DNA of 64,000 bases from Stegostoma tigrinum (taxonomy: Eukaryota), in contig NC_081360.1 in the NCBI RefSeq assembly GCF_030684315.1, positions 86,851,780 through 86,915,779 on the forward strand. Reading direction: 5' to 3'. The notes under the pieces were generated by a model, which worked only from the letters and a program-made list of their open reading frames with translations, was not told where the DNA came from and did no database searches. Each line of letters starts with the position of its first letter. Within the stretch, counting starts at the first letter, position 1. Positions 12,901 to 24,900 of this stretch are shown piece after piece. The translations under genes and the position numbers were made by a program.

Positions 12901-15900
12901 AGAACCAAAACCCATTGAACACATTGGCAGCTATGGGGTTTTTCAATGGGGACAGAATGGAGAGTGAGGCACTTGTCTGCTATACAGGTACATCCAGCAC
13001 TAACTTCCATTTCCAGAGGACTCGCACTACACTAACCCGCTTGTGTGAACATTGAGAAGTGGAAGTGGAACTGACAAGGAGAGAACGTGAATAAATCCAC
13101 AACTTGTACGTAATGAGTAAGTAATGCCTTGTCACTGATGATCACGGCAAAAGAACAAAATTCTGATTAGGATGTCATCTGGGTAATTAGGTCTAAACCT
13201 ATCTCTCTGCCTAATTTTAACTGGGTCACATACTTCCCACAAAGATCCTAAGGCAATTTTGTGAAGCCGCATATTAGAACGACAATTGACGGTCCAAGCT
13301 TCACACATAAAACATGATAATGCTTGGATACTCACCCCACTCAGTAACTTTGACACCTCTCTAACGTGTGAAGTCCCACGGGTCTCAGGCAACTTCATGT
13401 AAGCAGCATGGGGAAGCTCCTTCTTAACAGCTTCTTTGTACTTTTTCTGCAAAGCCGAATGAGGAAGGAATGAATGAGTAATTTAGGAATAGTTGAAACA
13501 TAATCTGTTAAAGAACTTCTTGTAGTACATGAAAATGAGGGTAATCATTCCAAAGCCGCAAATAGATAATAAACAGTGCCTCCATTTTTTGATCACATTG
13601 CAATACAAGAATTTACTAAATTTATTTTTTATTAATTCATTCACAAGATGTGACTTTGCTGGCTAGGCCTGAATTTATTGCTCATGTCTGATTGCCCAGA
13701 CAGCTGTTCAGAGTCAACTGCATTGCTGTGGATCTGGAGAAATGTGTCGGCCAGACCTGGTAAGAATTGTAGATTTCCTTCCCTCAAGGACATGAATGAA
13801 CTAAATGGATTTTTGCAGTAATTGACAGTGGTTATTTCGTTTACACTGTGTTTTTCTATTGAGCAGGAAATTGTACACTCATAGCCTTTTTCCCTCAAGC
13901 TGAACTATTCTATTTCATTACACCAAAGGAATTATCAGTACAGAGCATGTCCTCATCAAAAACGAAGGATGTGACACGCGTACATGTTACCAATGAGTTA
14001 AACTTAAGACTTTAAGCTAGCACAGAATTAGAAAACGTAGCTTATCACCTTAAGCATGTACACTGTGTTGTAATTAGTTGACTCAGAGAGGCACAGACAT
14101 TGCAACTCAAGGCCTAAAATAGGATGTTAATTCACAAGTGATAGTGTTTTAACTTCCCAGTCATACATTGTGCATGAAATTGCAACTCTTAATTAAATCA
14201 TGGGAATGAGATGTTGGCAAAATCACCATTGCTGCCCATCACATGAACTGAGCAGCTTGCTAGGCCATTAATCATAGACTAGGTAAGGACAGCTGATTTC
14301 TTGCCCTCATGGGCATCAGTGAATCAAATGGGTTTTCAATAATCGACTATGGGTTCATGGTCACTATTACTGAAATTAGCTTTTAGTTTCAGCTTTCATT
14401 AATTCAATTTAAATTCTACTAGGGTAGGATTTGAACCCATATTCCCAAAACATTAGCCTCGTACTCTGAATTATTGCCCTAGAGCCCTGACTTCCAAACC
14501 ACCATGAGCAGTAGCATAGTCCATGCATCAGTAGATAATAAGGAGCTTTATAGAGCTACATTTCTGCAATACTGGTTAATTCAACAGCTACAAACACTTA
14601 ACGGAAAATGACAGCAGTACCTCAGACATTAGGTTAATGACAGATTTGGCATGGAGCATCTGTGGTGTGTCTGGAACTGCTTGGTAAATGCCTCTTTCTT
14701 TCTCATGCTTCAGCTTGTATTTTATCTGTAAATGGTACAAAATGATTAGCATCTTGCAATAAATAGGCCTCTGTTATGTCTGTAAGAACTATCTGATAAG
14801 TGATACTCTCCTGCTTTTCCTGCCACAACCCTGAAAATGTCTTCTTTCTTCTGTTAAATTCAGGTAAAGATAAAGTCTTCATGGCTTTACTGGATCATAG
14901 GTCTCTGTCTTATTCAAAAATAAACATTGGTAGTGGTTTGATCTGAGCACACACCTCAGGCAAGCGGAAAAGTATGTTCCTTCGTGACGATCTAAGCCAG
15001 TGTGGGAATTGAACCCAAGCTGTTGGCACTGCCTTTGTACTTCAAGAAAGAACGTAAGAACTAGGAGCAGGAGCAGGCCATTCGGCCCTTCGAGCCTGCC
15101 CCACCATTCAATAAGATCATGGCTGATTTTTTCATGGATTCTGATCCACTTAACCGCGCTCTCACTGTATCCCTTAATTCCTTTACTGTTCAAAAAAAAT
15201 CTACCTTAGCTTTAAAAACATTTACTGAAGTAGCATCAACTACTTCACTGAGCAAGGAATTCCACAGATTAACAACCTTCTGGGTGAAGAGGTTCCTTCC
15301 CAATTCAGCCCTAAATCTGCTCCCTCTAATCTGGAGGCTATGCCTTCTTGTCCTAGCTTCACTTGCTAGTGGAAACATCCTCTCTACTTCTATCTTATCT
15401 ATTTCCTTCATAATTTTTTATGTTTCTATATGATCCTCCCTCAATCTTCTGAATTCCAATGAATATAATCCCAAACTACTCAGTCTCTCAAGCCAGTCAT
15501 CCAGCCAACTGAGCTAACTGTTCCTCTAAACTTCAGTATGAATTCCCCAAATGTAATTCTACAAATGAATTTTTGAAGATTTTCTTAATCATACTTTATA
15601 TTCTGTTGCACTTAAAAATGTAATTCTTCCACTTCACCACAAACATAATCACCCCAACATACATCTTGCCTGACAATGAAAAAAAATTGTTTTTTCTGAA
15701 AATTTTTGCAGAAAGATCTTTATTCTAAATTTGTCTGTGTAACATATTAGAGTTGGGGAGAGTAATACACGGTCACTATCTAACACAGAAGATAAAAAAA
15801 CTTTGCTGCTTTGAATTCATGACTCGTAATTGGAAATCAAATGGGCAAATTTTGGAAACAAGACAAGAGCAATGAGTTAAATTGTGTTAAGCAGAGTACA

Positions 15901-18900
15901 TTGCACTGATGCCAATTGTGATCTTGCTTTTCCTGATCTTTATGTATCAGGAATGAAAGACAGTGAAAATGCCAAAATTTTCTATCGGTTTGTAAAATGA
16001 GAGAGACAGAATGGTAAGCGATCACAAATTTGGCAATTTTATTATCGCCATAAAGCATTACTTTGTCAGGAATGGATGAGTTGCACACAGAGTCAAGCTC
16101 TCATTGCTTCCTTCCACTAACATGCTTTATTGATAATCTCAGTTGATCATCTTTGATGCGTAAGTGTGTTTTTAACCCCAATCTTTACATTTATCTGTGA
16201 GCGATATGTTAATTTGTGTTAAATCACAGCAATGTTGTGTTTTAGACTCCTATCTATTAGATCTTGCTTTGAGATAGCCACAGGCTCAGACTTATTCATG
16301 AGAAATGCCCAGCTGAGACTTACAACAATGCATATTATTGGAAGAGAACAGGAGTGTTTGACTTTGCCTATAACGCATATTTTCCTGACAAAGAAATGCC
16401 TAATAGTGATAGTCAGCAGAACAGAGATTTTAATCCTATCAGTAAAGGCTGAAGTGCACGCAGGTTCCAATAATTACAGGGCCAATTGCCAAATTTACAA
16501 ACCTTAGTACTTACCCCACTGGCCAAGTCTGTATTTTCTACAGCTAGTATCATGTTCTTATCTCCATAGACAGGCACTGAGATCTTGCAACCTTTCAAAT
16601 ATTCTCTGTCCAATTTGTAATCCACCTATTACACCCCAGAAAGAGATTGAATTAGTAACAGTAAGTAAACATCAGCATCATGCAGTATTACAGTAACTCA
16701 AAACAGGGTACTTGAATTTAACAATCAGATGTTCTTCTCCTATAGCTTTCAATTCAAACTTTTTGAACGTTTCTTTTACCTTTATTTCATTGATCCCATC
16801 TAACAATTTGGTACTTATTGTATAATTATTGATAGCAATTAATTTTCAATGACAAGTCACCACTCTAGTGTCATTGATCAATGGAATAACAAAGGTAAAT
16901 AAAGTGGCCTTTGATCTTTTATTACCCAGTGACCCTGATGTGCAAATAAACTGTTTGCCTTTCATCAAACCAATTCTTTGAGATTAGTATTATATTTGTT
17001 GGTTCTCTTTCTGTTTTAGGCCATTTTTTTCAGTTTTGGGCTTTAGTTATCAGTTCAGTCGTCTTGTTTTACAGATTCTATCAGCAATTAGGTCAGCAAA
17101 ATATTGGCCAGGCTTAGTCTGAAGGATTGTGTGACTTGCTCTATTTTAGGGGATCATGTGTACAGTTACTGAACTATTTTACGCATCATTGAACAAAGTG
17201 AATATTCAGTAATAGAAATGTTTAGAAATACAAGTACCATACCTCAGATAGCAAGAAATTAATTACCTGTTGGTGTTGCATTACTAGCTACTTTTGTGAT
17301 GTAGAGTGACGCCAAAAGTGCAGGTTCAATTCCTGCATCAGCTGTGGTCAGCATGAAGGTCCTAACTGCTCAACCTTACACCTCACCTCAGGTATTGTGA
17401 CCCTCAGGTTAAGCCCACAACCAGCTGTCTCTGTTCAATGAGAAATTGGCCCTATGGTCCTCTGGAACTATATTAATATTACTAACTAAAGAGGAGAGGA
17501 TGGTGTTTTGAAAATATCATTACTAATTCAGTAGGCCTAAGCTAAAATTCTGTGGACATGGGTTCAAATCTCCCACAGCAGCTGGTTAAACTAAATGTCA
17601 ATTAATAAAATTGGGATACAAAGCTGATTGCAGTCATTGTGGCCATGACAATTACCATCCATTTTCATAAAGACCCATATGATTCACTAACCTTACACAA
17701 TCTGATTTACATGTGACTCCAGGCCCACAGGAATATGGTCAACACTTAATCTCCCTCTGAAATGGCCTTGCATGTCACTCAGTTCAAGTGCCATTAAGAA
17801 TGTTTAACAAATGGTGATCTTTGCAGTGACACCCATATCCCATGACAGAATAAGGGGGAAAAAAATCTGCTTTGCTGAGTTTAAGCAGGTGTAACATAAA
17901 GAGTGTAAAATGAGATCCCAGTATTGCATATTACCATGATTTAATATGATGTATCTATCTACCTACAGGTACAGCTTGTTGTCTCAATTTGAAATTCAAA
18001 CTCTGCTATTGACTAGTCATAGTTTTCACCTGGGTCCAACTCAACTTTATAGTAGCCTGTGAATTTGAGGTTGGTTTGACAAAGATTGATTGTATATTAT
18101 AGAAATACACTATAACAATGTGCACAGAAAATTGTGATATCTGCATACCACACAGCAATTTAGTGATTCTCTTACCTCACTCTGCTGCTGTGAGGCCTTG
18201 TAAGCCTGTACAAAGTCAGGTCTGTCTGCAGTCCACATCCATTTGGCTTTGGTGGCCTCATACTTCTTCTTGTAATCAAGCTACAGATCAAGTGATGGAA
18301 ATATCATTAAAACCAGAGATGCAAGTCACAATATGATAATTTTGATGAAAAGTTTCAATGAGCTATCTGGGTCAACTTAATTCCCAAATTTTGAAAATTT
18401 GTCCAGCATTATTACTATTTTTCTTTCATAAAGCTGACTTAATATTAACTTCCTTTTTCTCATTGCTTGTCAAGACAGCAATTTGCAATGGGGTACAGCT
18501 TCATGGGCACTGGCAGGTGTGTCATAATATGTACCAGTGACTGCTCCTTCCTGCTTCTACACAGTGGGTATTGGTTTGATGCTGGGTGATAGTTGAAAAC
18601 AACAATGAGGAGGCATGTTTATAGGGTTACTGAAACAGTGGGATGTATTCATTCAAACATCCAATCGTCAGCCAGCATATTTATTAACAGGGAGCATCCT
18701 GATCTAATCAGATAGTCTTACTACACCTCTCATTCAGACAGTTTTACACAAGGGTCAATGGATGATGATTAGCAGGGAAACCCCAGTTCTATGCTACTTT
18801 GAAAATGAAGCAAGCATGTTTTTCTGTGAAACTATATCAGAAAATCTTAAAAGAAAGTACTGTAGAAACTGTGAGACACAATAGGATAAGATATATTTAC

Positions 18901-21900
18901 CACAGAGAGTATGTCCTCTGATAAGTCAATATCTTCCAAAACACTTCTCCAAGCAGCAGTATGTCTTTACTGCAAGTGACTGGTATAATTATCAAGTTTA
19001 ATATCAGTTTTAACAGCTGGTCCAGCATCAAAGCCACATTCTTAATCTTTCTGATATGTGAAGCATTGTGATCATGATATAACTACATCTGTGCAGTTTG
19101 TAGATTATTTAGACCTGCACAAAAATACTTTTTCACTTCAAGATGCAGCAATAACACTGGAGCAGCTTCTACCTAACCCACCAATTTCACACTGTAGAAA
19201 AAGGCGGGGGATGGAATGAGCAACAATTTGAACAGAAGGGACATGGCTAGAGGGCAAGGGAATAAAAGACACGGGTAGGGGTAGGGGAGACAAAATGGAG
19301 GACAAAATTCTTGGCCTGAAGTAGCCGACTTCAGCATTGAATCCAAAAGGCTGCAAAGTGCCTAAAGACGAAATGGGGTGCTACTCCCTCAGTTTATAGC
19401 ATGCTTAGGATCAGGTATGATGCTTGTTTTATGTTAGGTCAATTTTTTGCTTCAGTGAAGTCAGAGAACAGCAGTACTGGTGGGGTGGGGTGATGGAAGG
19501 GAGGGTTCAAATGTGAATCTAGCATTCCACTTTAGTTGATGTCAAGTGAGTTACGCTAAAAATTGCTCTTGATACTTCAATTTCCCTCAACTTATGTATC
19601 AAGGCAATAATGCTTGCGCATATGTATATTGCCCCAGCACTTAAACAACACAAGTATTCATAAGGTGTAACGACATCACAGTCACAGTGGCTGTGAATTG
19701 TCAGCTGATGGGGGTCTCGCCTGCTGGTAAGTGAACAGAGTGGCTCATCGTGAGGTATACATTCCAGGGCTTAGGTTTATCTGGGCAGCTGTCCACTGCT
19801 GAAAACAGCCTTGCAGCGCAATTTAACCCCTGAGCCACCATTAATTCTTGTCTTGCAAGAGCAGCCATGAATCCCTCCTCAGCCCCTTCCACCTCAAAGC
19901 CTATTGGTTGGGGTGGTGGTTGGGGTGACGGAGGTGTTCCTGCTTTCAGGAGATTGGTGCGAGGCCTTTCCTTCAATCAAACTAGCACAGCCACCACATT
20001 TCCCCACATGACAAGCTCCATTAAATCCAACGCACATTGTTTGAAAATGGAGAAGTCTTTGCAAAGTTTACATACCTTCGTGGGACATGCTTTCATATGA
20101 AACAGTGAAAGATATGTTAGGGGGAACTTACTTATTCCCAACCATGATGCATACTCAGTGACTGCAACTTCAAAATTAATTAGATTGATAATAAAGCACT
20201 TTGGAGCATCCTGAGATTGTAATAGATGTTGTGTAAATATTAGTCTTTTCTCTAATTATTTCAAGTCAAAACATACTGAAAAAAACTTACATTAGTTGTG
20301 TTCTTGTATGCACTCTTGGCAGCCCTAATCGAAAATGCATCACCGTGAATGTTGCAATTAGCTTTGTTGCGTTCATAATTCTCTTTGTATTTCAACTGTC
20401 AACAAAAGAGCAATGATTGAAATCCTGCCAATCATGTAAGAGTCCTTCCATCAGCTAAAGTTTCTCTTTTAGTGCATTTTGTGAGTTACTTAACTAAATG
20501 TCCTTAGCGTATAACTGTACAATGCAAGTTTTACTACGGTATAATTAACTGGCAACTGAATGCTGAAGTTTATTGTCTTGACATTCCTAGGGAGGCAAAA
20601 TACAAAGCAGAATTTCCCCTTCCCTGGAGGTGGCAAGACGGGGAAGTATTTGAACAAATTGGCCCTAGCAAGTTATTCACCTCCTTCACACCACCTTCTG
20701 CAATTTAGCTGTGAGTTAGTAAGAAGATCCATTGGGGACTGTCGCGATCCATCATCAAGTAAGGCCCTTAAGTGGTCAATGAATGACCAATTAATTCATT
20801 GCCTCCGCAACATGCAAGATAAATGGCTTGTTTCCCAACTGGGAACTAAGGAGTCCTGCCTGTCTAGTCCAAACAACCTCCAATTCTTCCAATCTGGGGA
20901 CAATTGGAGCTGCAGATGATGAATAAGGGACTGCTTTCCGAAGGCTACCCACCTGTTCATGCCCTTCACAACTCTGACCTATTTCTCCCCACAATCCTCC
21001 TCCACCCTTCCAGTATTGGCAGTAGATTGCAACGTTGAAATTGCTTCAAAGCAAAAAGCAAAGTTATTTCTATGACTGAGTGTGGTGAATACTTACATCA
21101 CTAATTTTGTCCTTCACACTTCGCATGTGTAACAGCATCGGTGTGTCATGGATAGAAGTATAGCCCTTAGCTCTGTCCCGGTTATGCTCCAGTTTATATT
21201 TAATCTGCAAACACACAAAAAAGGTTTTCTCATAAAATGCAATTATTGTGCAAGTTGTTTTCTCTGAATTACATGAAATTCATCTTTACCTGGTTCCTTT
21301 CTATAGATGTGCAATTAAATATCAAAGATTTTCCTGTTGCCAAAACTAATGTAGGTAATTGTCATGACGAATATCTAAAGATTATTTTGCACTGTAATTA
21401 ATTGAATTCAAAAATTTGAAGTTAGAAATCATGCAACAGATCAAGAACTGAAAATGTGGAACCATTTGTAATTTTGGCAAAATGTGGATTCAGTCAATAG
21501 TACTAAAAGAACTTGGTCTATCATGCTTGCTGTTGTTTTAAAGGCAAATATGACAAAGATACCTAGGAGTGCAGGCCCTTGAAGGTGGAGTCGCTGGAAG
21601 ACAGAGTGGTGAAGAAGGCATTTGGCACACTTGCCTTCATTAGTCAGTGCATTGTGTTTAGGAGTTGGGATGTCATGTTACAGCTGTACAGGACACTGGT
21701 TAGACCACTTTTGGAACACTGTATTCAGTTCTGGTCTCCCTGCTATAGGAAAGATGTTAAACCTGAAAAGGTTCAGAAAAGATTTGTCAGGATGTTGCCA
21801 GGGTTGGAGGGTTTGATCTAGGGAGAGGCTGAATAGTCTGAGGCTGTTTTGGGTAGAGCATCAGAAGCTGAGGGGTGACCTTATAGAGATTTATAAGATC

Positions 21901-24900
21901 ATGAGGGTCATGGATCAGGTGAATACACAAGGTCTTTTTCCTAGGGTCAAAGAGTCCAAAATTAGAGGACATAGTTTAAGGTGAAAGGGGAAAGATTTAA
22001 AAGATTTTCATGGAGACGATGGTGTATGTGTGAATCAAACTGCCAGAGGAGATTGTGGTGGAAGAGGGTAACATTACAACATTTAAAAGGACACTGGATG
22101 GGTACATGAATAGGAAGGGTTTAGAAAGATATGGGCCAAATGCTGGAAATGGGACTGGACCAGGTTAGGACATCTGGTTGGTGCAGATGAGTTGGATCCA
22201 AGGGTCTGTTACCATGCTGCACAATTCTATGACTGTTTCCATGGCCATTATCGTAAACTCAGATTAGCTGTGGACACTTTGGACTTTTAATTGTAAACAT
22301 GATTTTGAAAGAGAAGATACAGCCACAAGATGGTTGATGATATAAACTTAGTCACTCTTTAACAGAAACCCTGGAATATCTGCACCTGAAGGTGTCACAC
22401 ATGCTTCAAATGAATAAATACAGTACAAATAGAACTGTAATCTCCTACAAGTATCTCGGAGTGTGAACTTGATGGGAGAAAAGCCTAGGGGAGAGGCATA
22501 TTTGCATCTTCGCCTTTTAAGAGCACACAGAGACAAAGGTTAAAAGTAGGTTTCAATCCTGGTCTGTGTGTATTAGTGGAATGAGATGCTTATGTGTGGT
22601 AGTGGGCTGAGTTGCTCAGCGTAATATTAGACTGTGGGTTCTAGTGGAATGAGGTACTAAGGTGTAACATCTTGGGTTCAAGTGCTAACATACTGTGAAT
22701 GTCACTGTCAAACAACAATCTACTGGTCGCCTCTGCATACAAAGTAAAGGAACACTCAGTGATGGATGCCAACCAGCAATCCAGTTCTAAAGGGAACAGG
22801 ACAAAGGAATTTCAGCTAACCTGCAAAGCCAAGAAACTTGAAATTGACTACTCAACGATCATCATTACACTATTTACTCTTCACGCATCAACTAGAAACT
22901 GATTCATGTATTGTTTAAATTTTCTCTTTTCTTGGACTCACTTCTCATTTCTAATCTGTATATGCATGAGTTATAATTTCATCTCATTATTAATAAGTTC
23001 ATTCATTTGTTAACTCAAGGAAGCCAGGTTAATTAGCTCTGTTTAAATCATAAATTTGTTTTATCTGGAAGAAAAGCATCAACAAGGAAAGGATCCTTTT
23101 TAATTAATCTTGTTGTGGCCAACTAAAGGGCAGGTGAATAAAGAAGTGGAACTAATTCATCCCTCCCCATCAGGAAACTTGACAACTTGGAGTATCCTAT
23201 CTGGATCTGTAATAAATTGAGGAACTTTACCTGGGGGCTAGTTGTAAATCTGCTGTTTTTGTCCAGGCAGTGGCAAAGAAACACAAAGTTCTGGATATAT
23301 CCACATGAGGCTGACTATAATAGCTGCATTCATCCCTCTCTGCCTAAAGGTCAGCAATCTGAACAAATCCATATGTGTATAATGGGTATAACTTCTTCTG
23401 CACTCAATCAAGGTAACTACTATTTAAACAGACTTAACTGTATGTTTAAATATAGATTCATTGCATTAAAAACTTAACTTACATCACTGATGAGCTTCGT
23501 CACGTTCTTAGTTCGGATATTGTCAGGAGTCTCAAAAATGGACGTGTATTTGTCTTTTGCCTTTTCGTAGTCCTTTTTATAAATCCACTGTATACAGCGA
23601 GCATAAAATTAATGTAGAGCAATCAATGCAAACCCAGTGGGCCAGATCTTGCTGAAAGAGTATCTCACATCAACTTGCTTGGATGTGCCATGGAAGAATT
23701 CCAGGACTGGTAGAACTTGCAGCTGGTACCTCTGGCCCAGAGATTCTCATTAAAGCTCCCTTTAAAGATAAGCAATTGCCCAGAAAGACTCAGGCTGGAT
23801 ACTAGGGCACTATTAGCACCATGTTCTAACCATCTGAGCTAACCAACCACCACTAGACCTTGCTGAACACTTACTATCAGCAAATCAGCAACAATATGTG
23901 ATGAGGAAGAAATATCCTGAAAAATGTGAACCACCAACTGTTTGCTGGCAATTTACATCTTTCTGTCATTAGCTTTTGTGAAAATTGCATCTTGTCCTTA
24001 ACCTGCCCTTGACATTTATGAAGTTGCTCTAGTTGCACATTAATTGCCCATTAAACTTGTCACAGAAAGATTAGGTTTGCAACTAGCAGTGGAGTACTCT
24101 CTCATTTCACAATTGTTGATGATTGACATCAACTTTTCTTTCCCTGTAAGAGAATAAAAGTGAGTCTCAATTCTTTAGGTTGTGAATTGCTTCAAAATGT
24201 ATTTTTTAATCTATTTTCTCCCTTCTGCTTCTTTTCTCCCTGTCTTGCTCCCTCTTGCTCACACAGTGCAATTTGACTTTTATTTCTGATCCAGAAAATA
24301 AGTGAACATTGAAATGATTCACTCTAGTTCACTCTCCTGTGGCATTTTTCTGTTCCTTCCACAATGCTCAAATCCCATTGGTTGAACAGATAAACTTGTT
24401 AACAGGGGTTGAGATGCCCCATTGCCCTTGCAGTACCAATTGGTATTTCCAACTGTTTTGCAAGTAAAGTATTTTAAAACCCAAAGCTAAAATTGTGCTA
24501 AGAAGGTCAAGCAAGATGCCACATTTCATCAAAATCTGGCCCAGCATTAAAAAGAGGTGAATGAAATCAACAGAATATCAACCAAAAAACATGCAGAAAA
24601 TGTTTGAAGAAATTGACAGCACGGTGTCACAAATACACACAGCAAGATTGAGTTAGTGCTTGAGTTAGTATAGAACATTTTAGAAATTAATCCCAATTTG
24701 ATTCTCCAAAATACTGATTAATCTATTTCCAAAAGAACATTTTAAATGATTACTGTTGAGTGTTCAATGCATTACTTTAAAACAACCCAAAAAATCTAAA
24801 GGAGGTAAGACAGTGCACAACATCGAGCAGTTTTACCTGGCTCCCTAAAATTGAGTTGTATATGGCAGTCAGCATATCAGGCCGTAGAAGTTCATTGCAT

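Noticed and set aside
13447-16514. Apparent loss of a module exon between w37 and w39
   Set aside because: The exon was found at 14621-14725; it is simply absent from the ORF track.
15005-17580. tRNA genes suggested by A/B-box motifs
   Set aside because: The boxes belong to degraded SINE heads; no complete cloverleaf is present.
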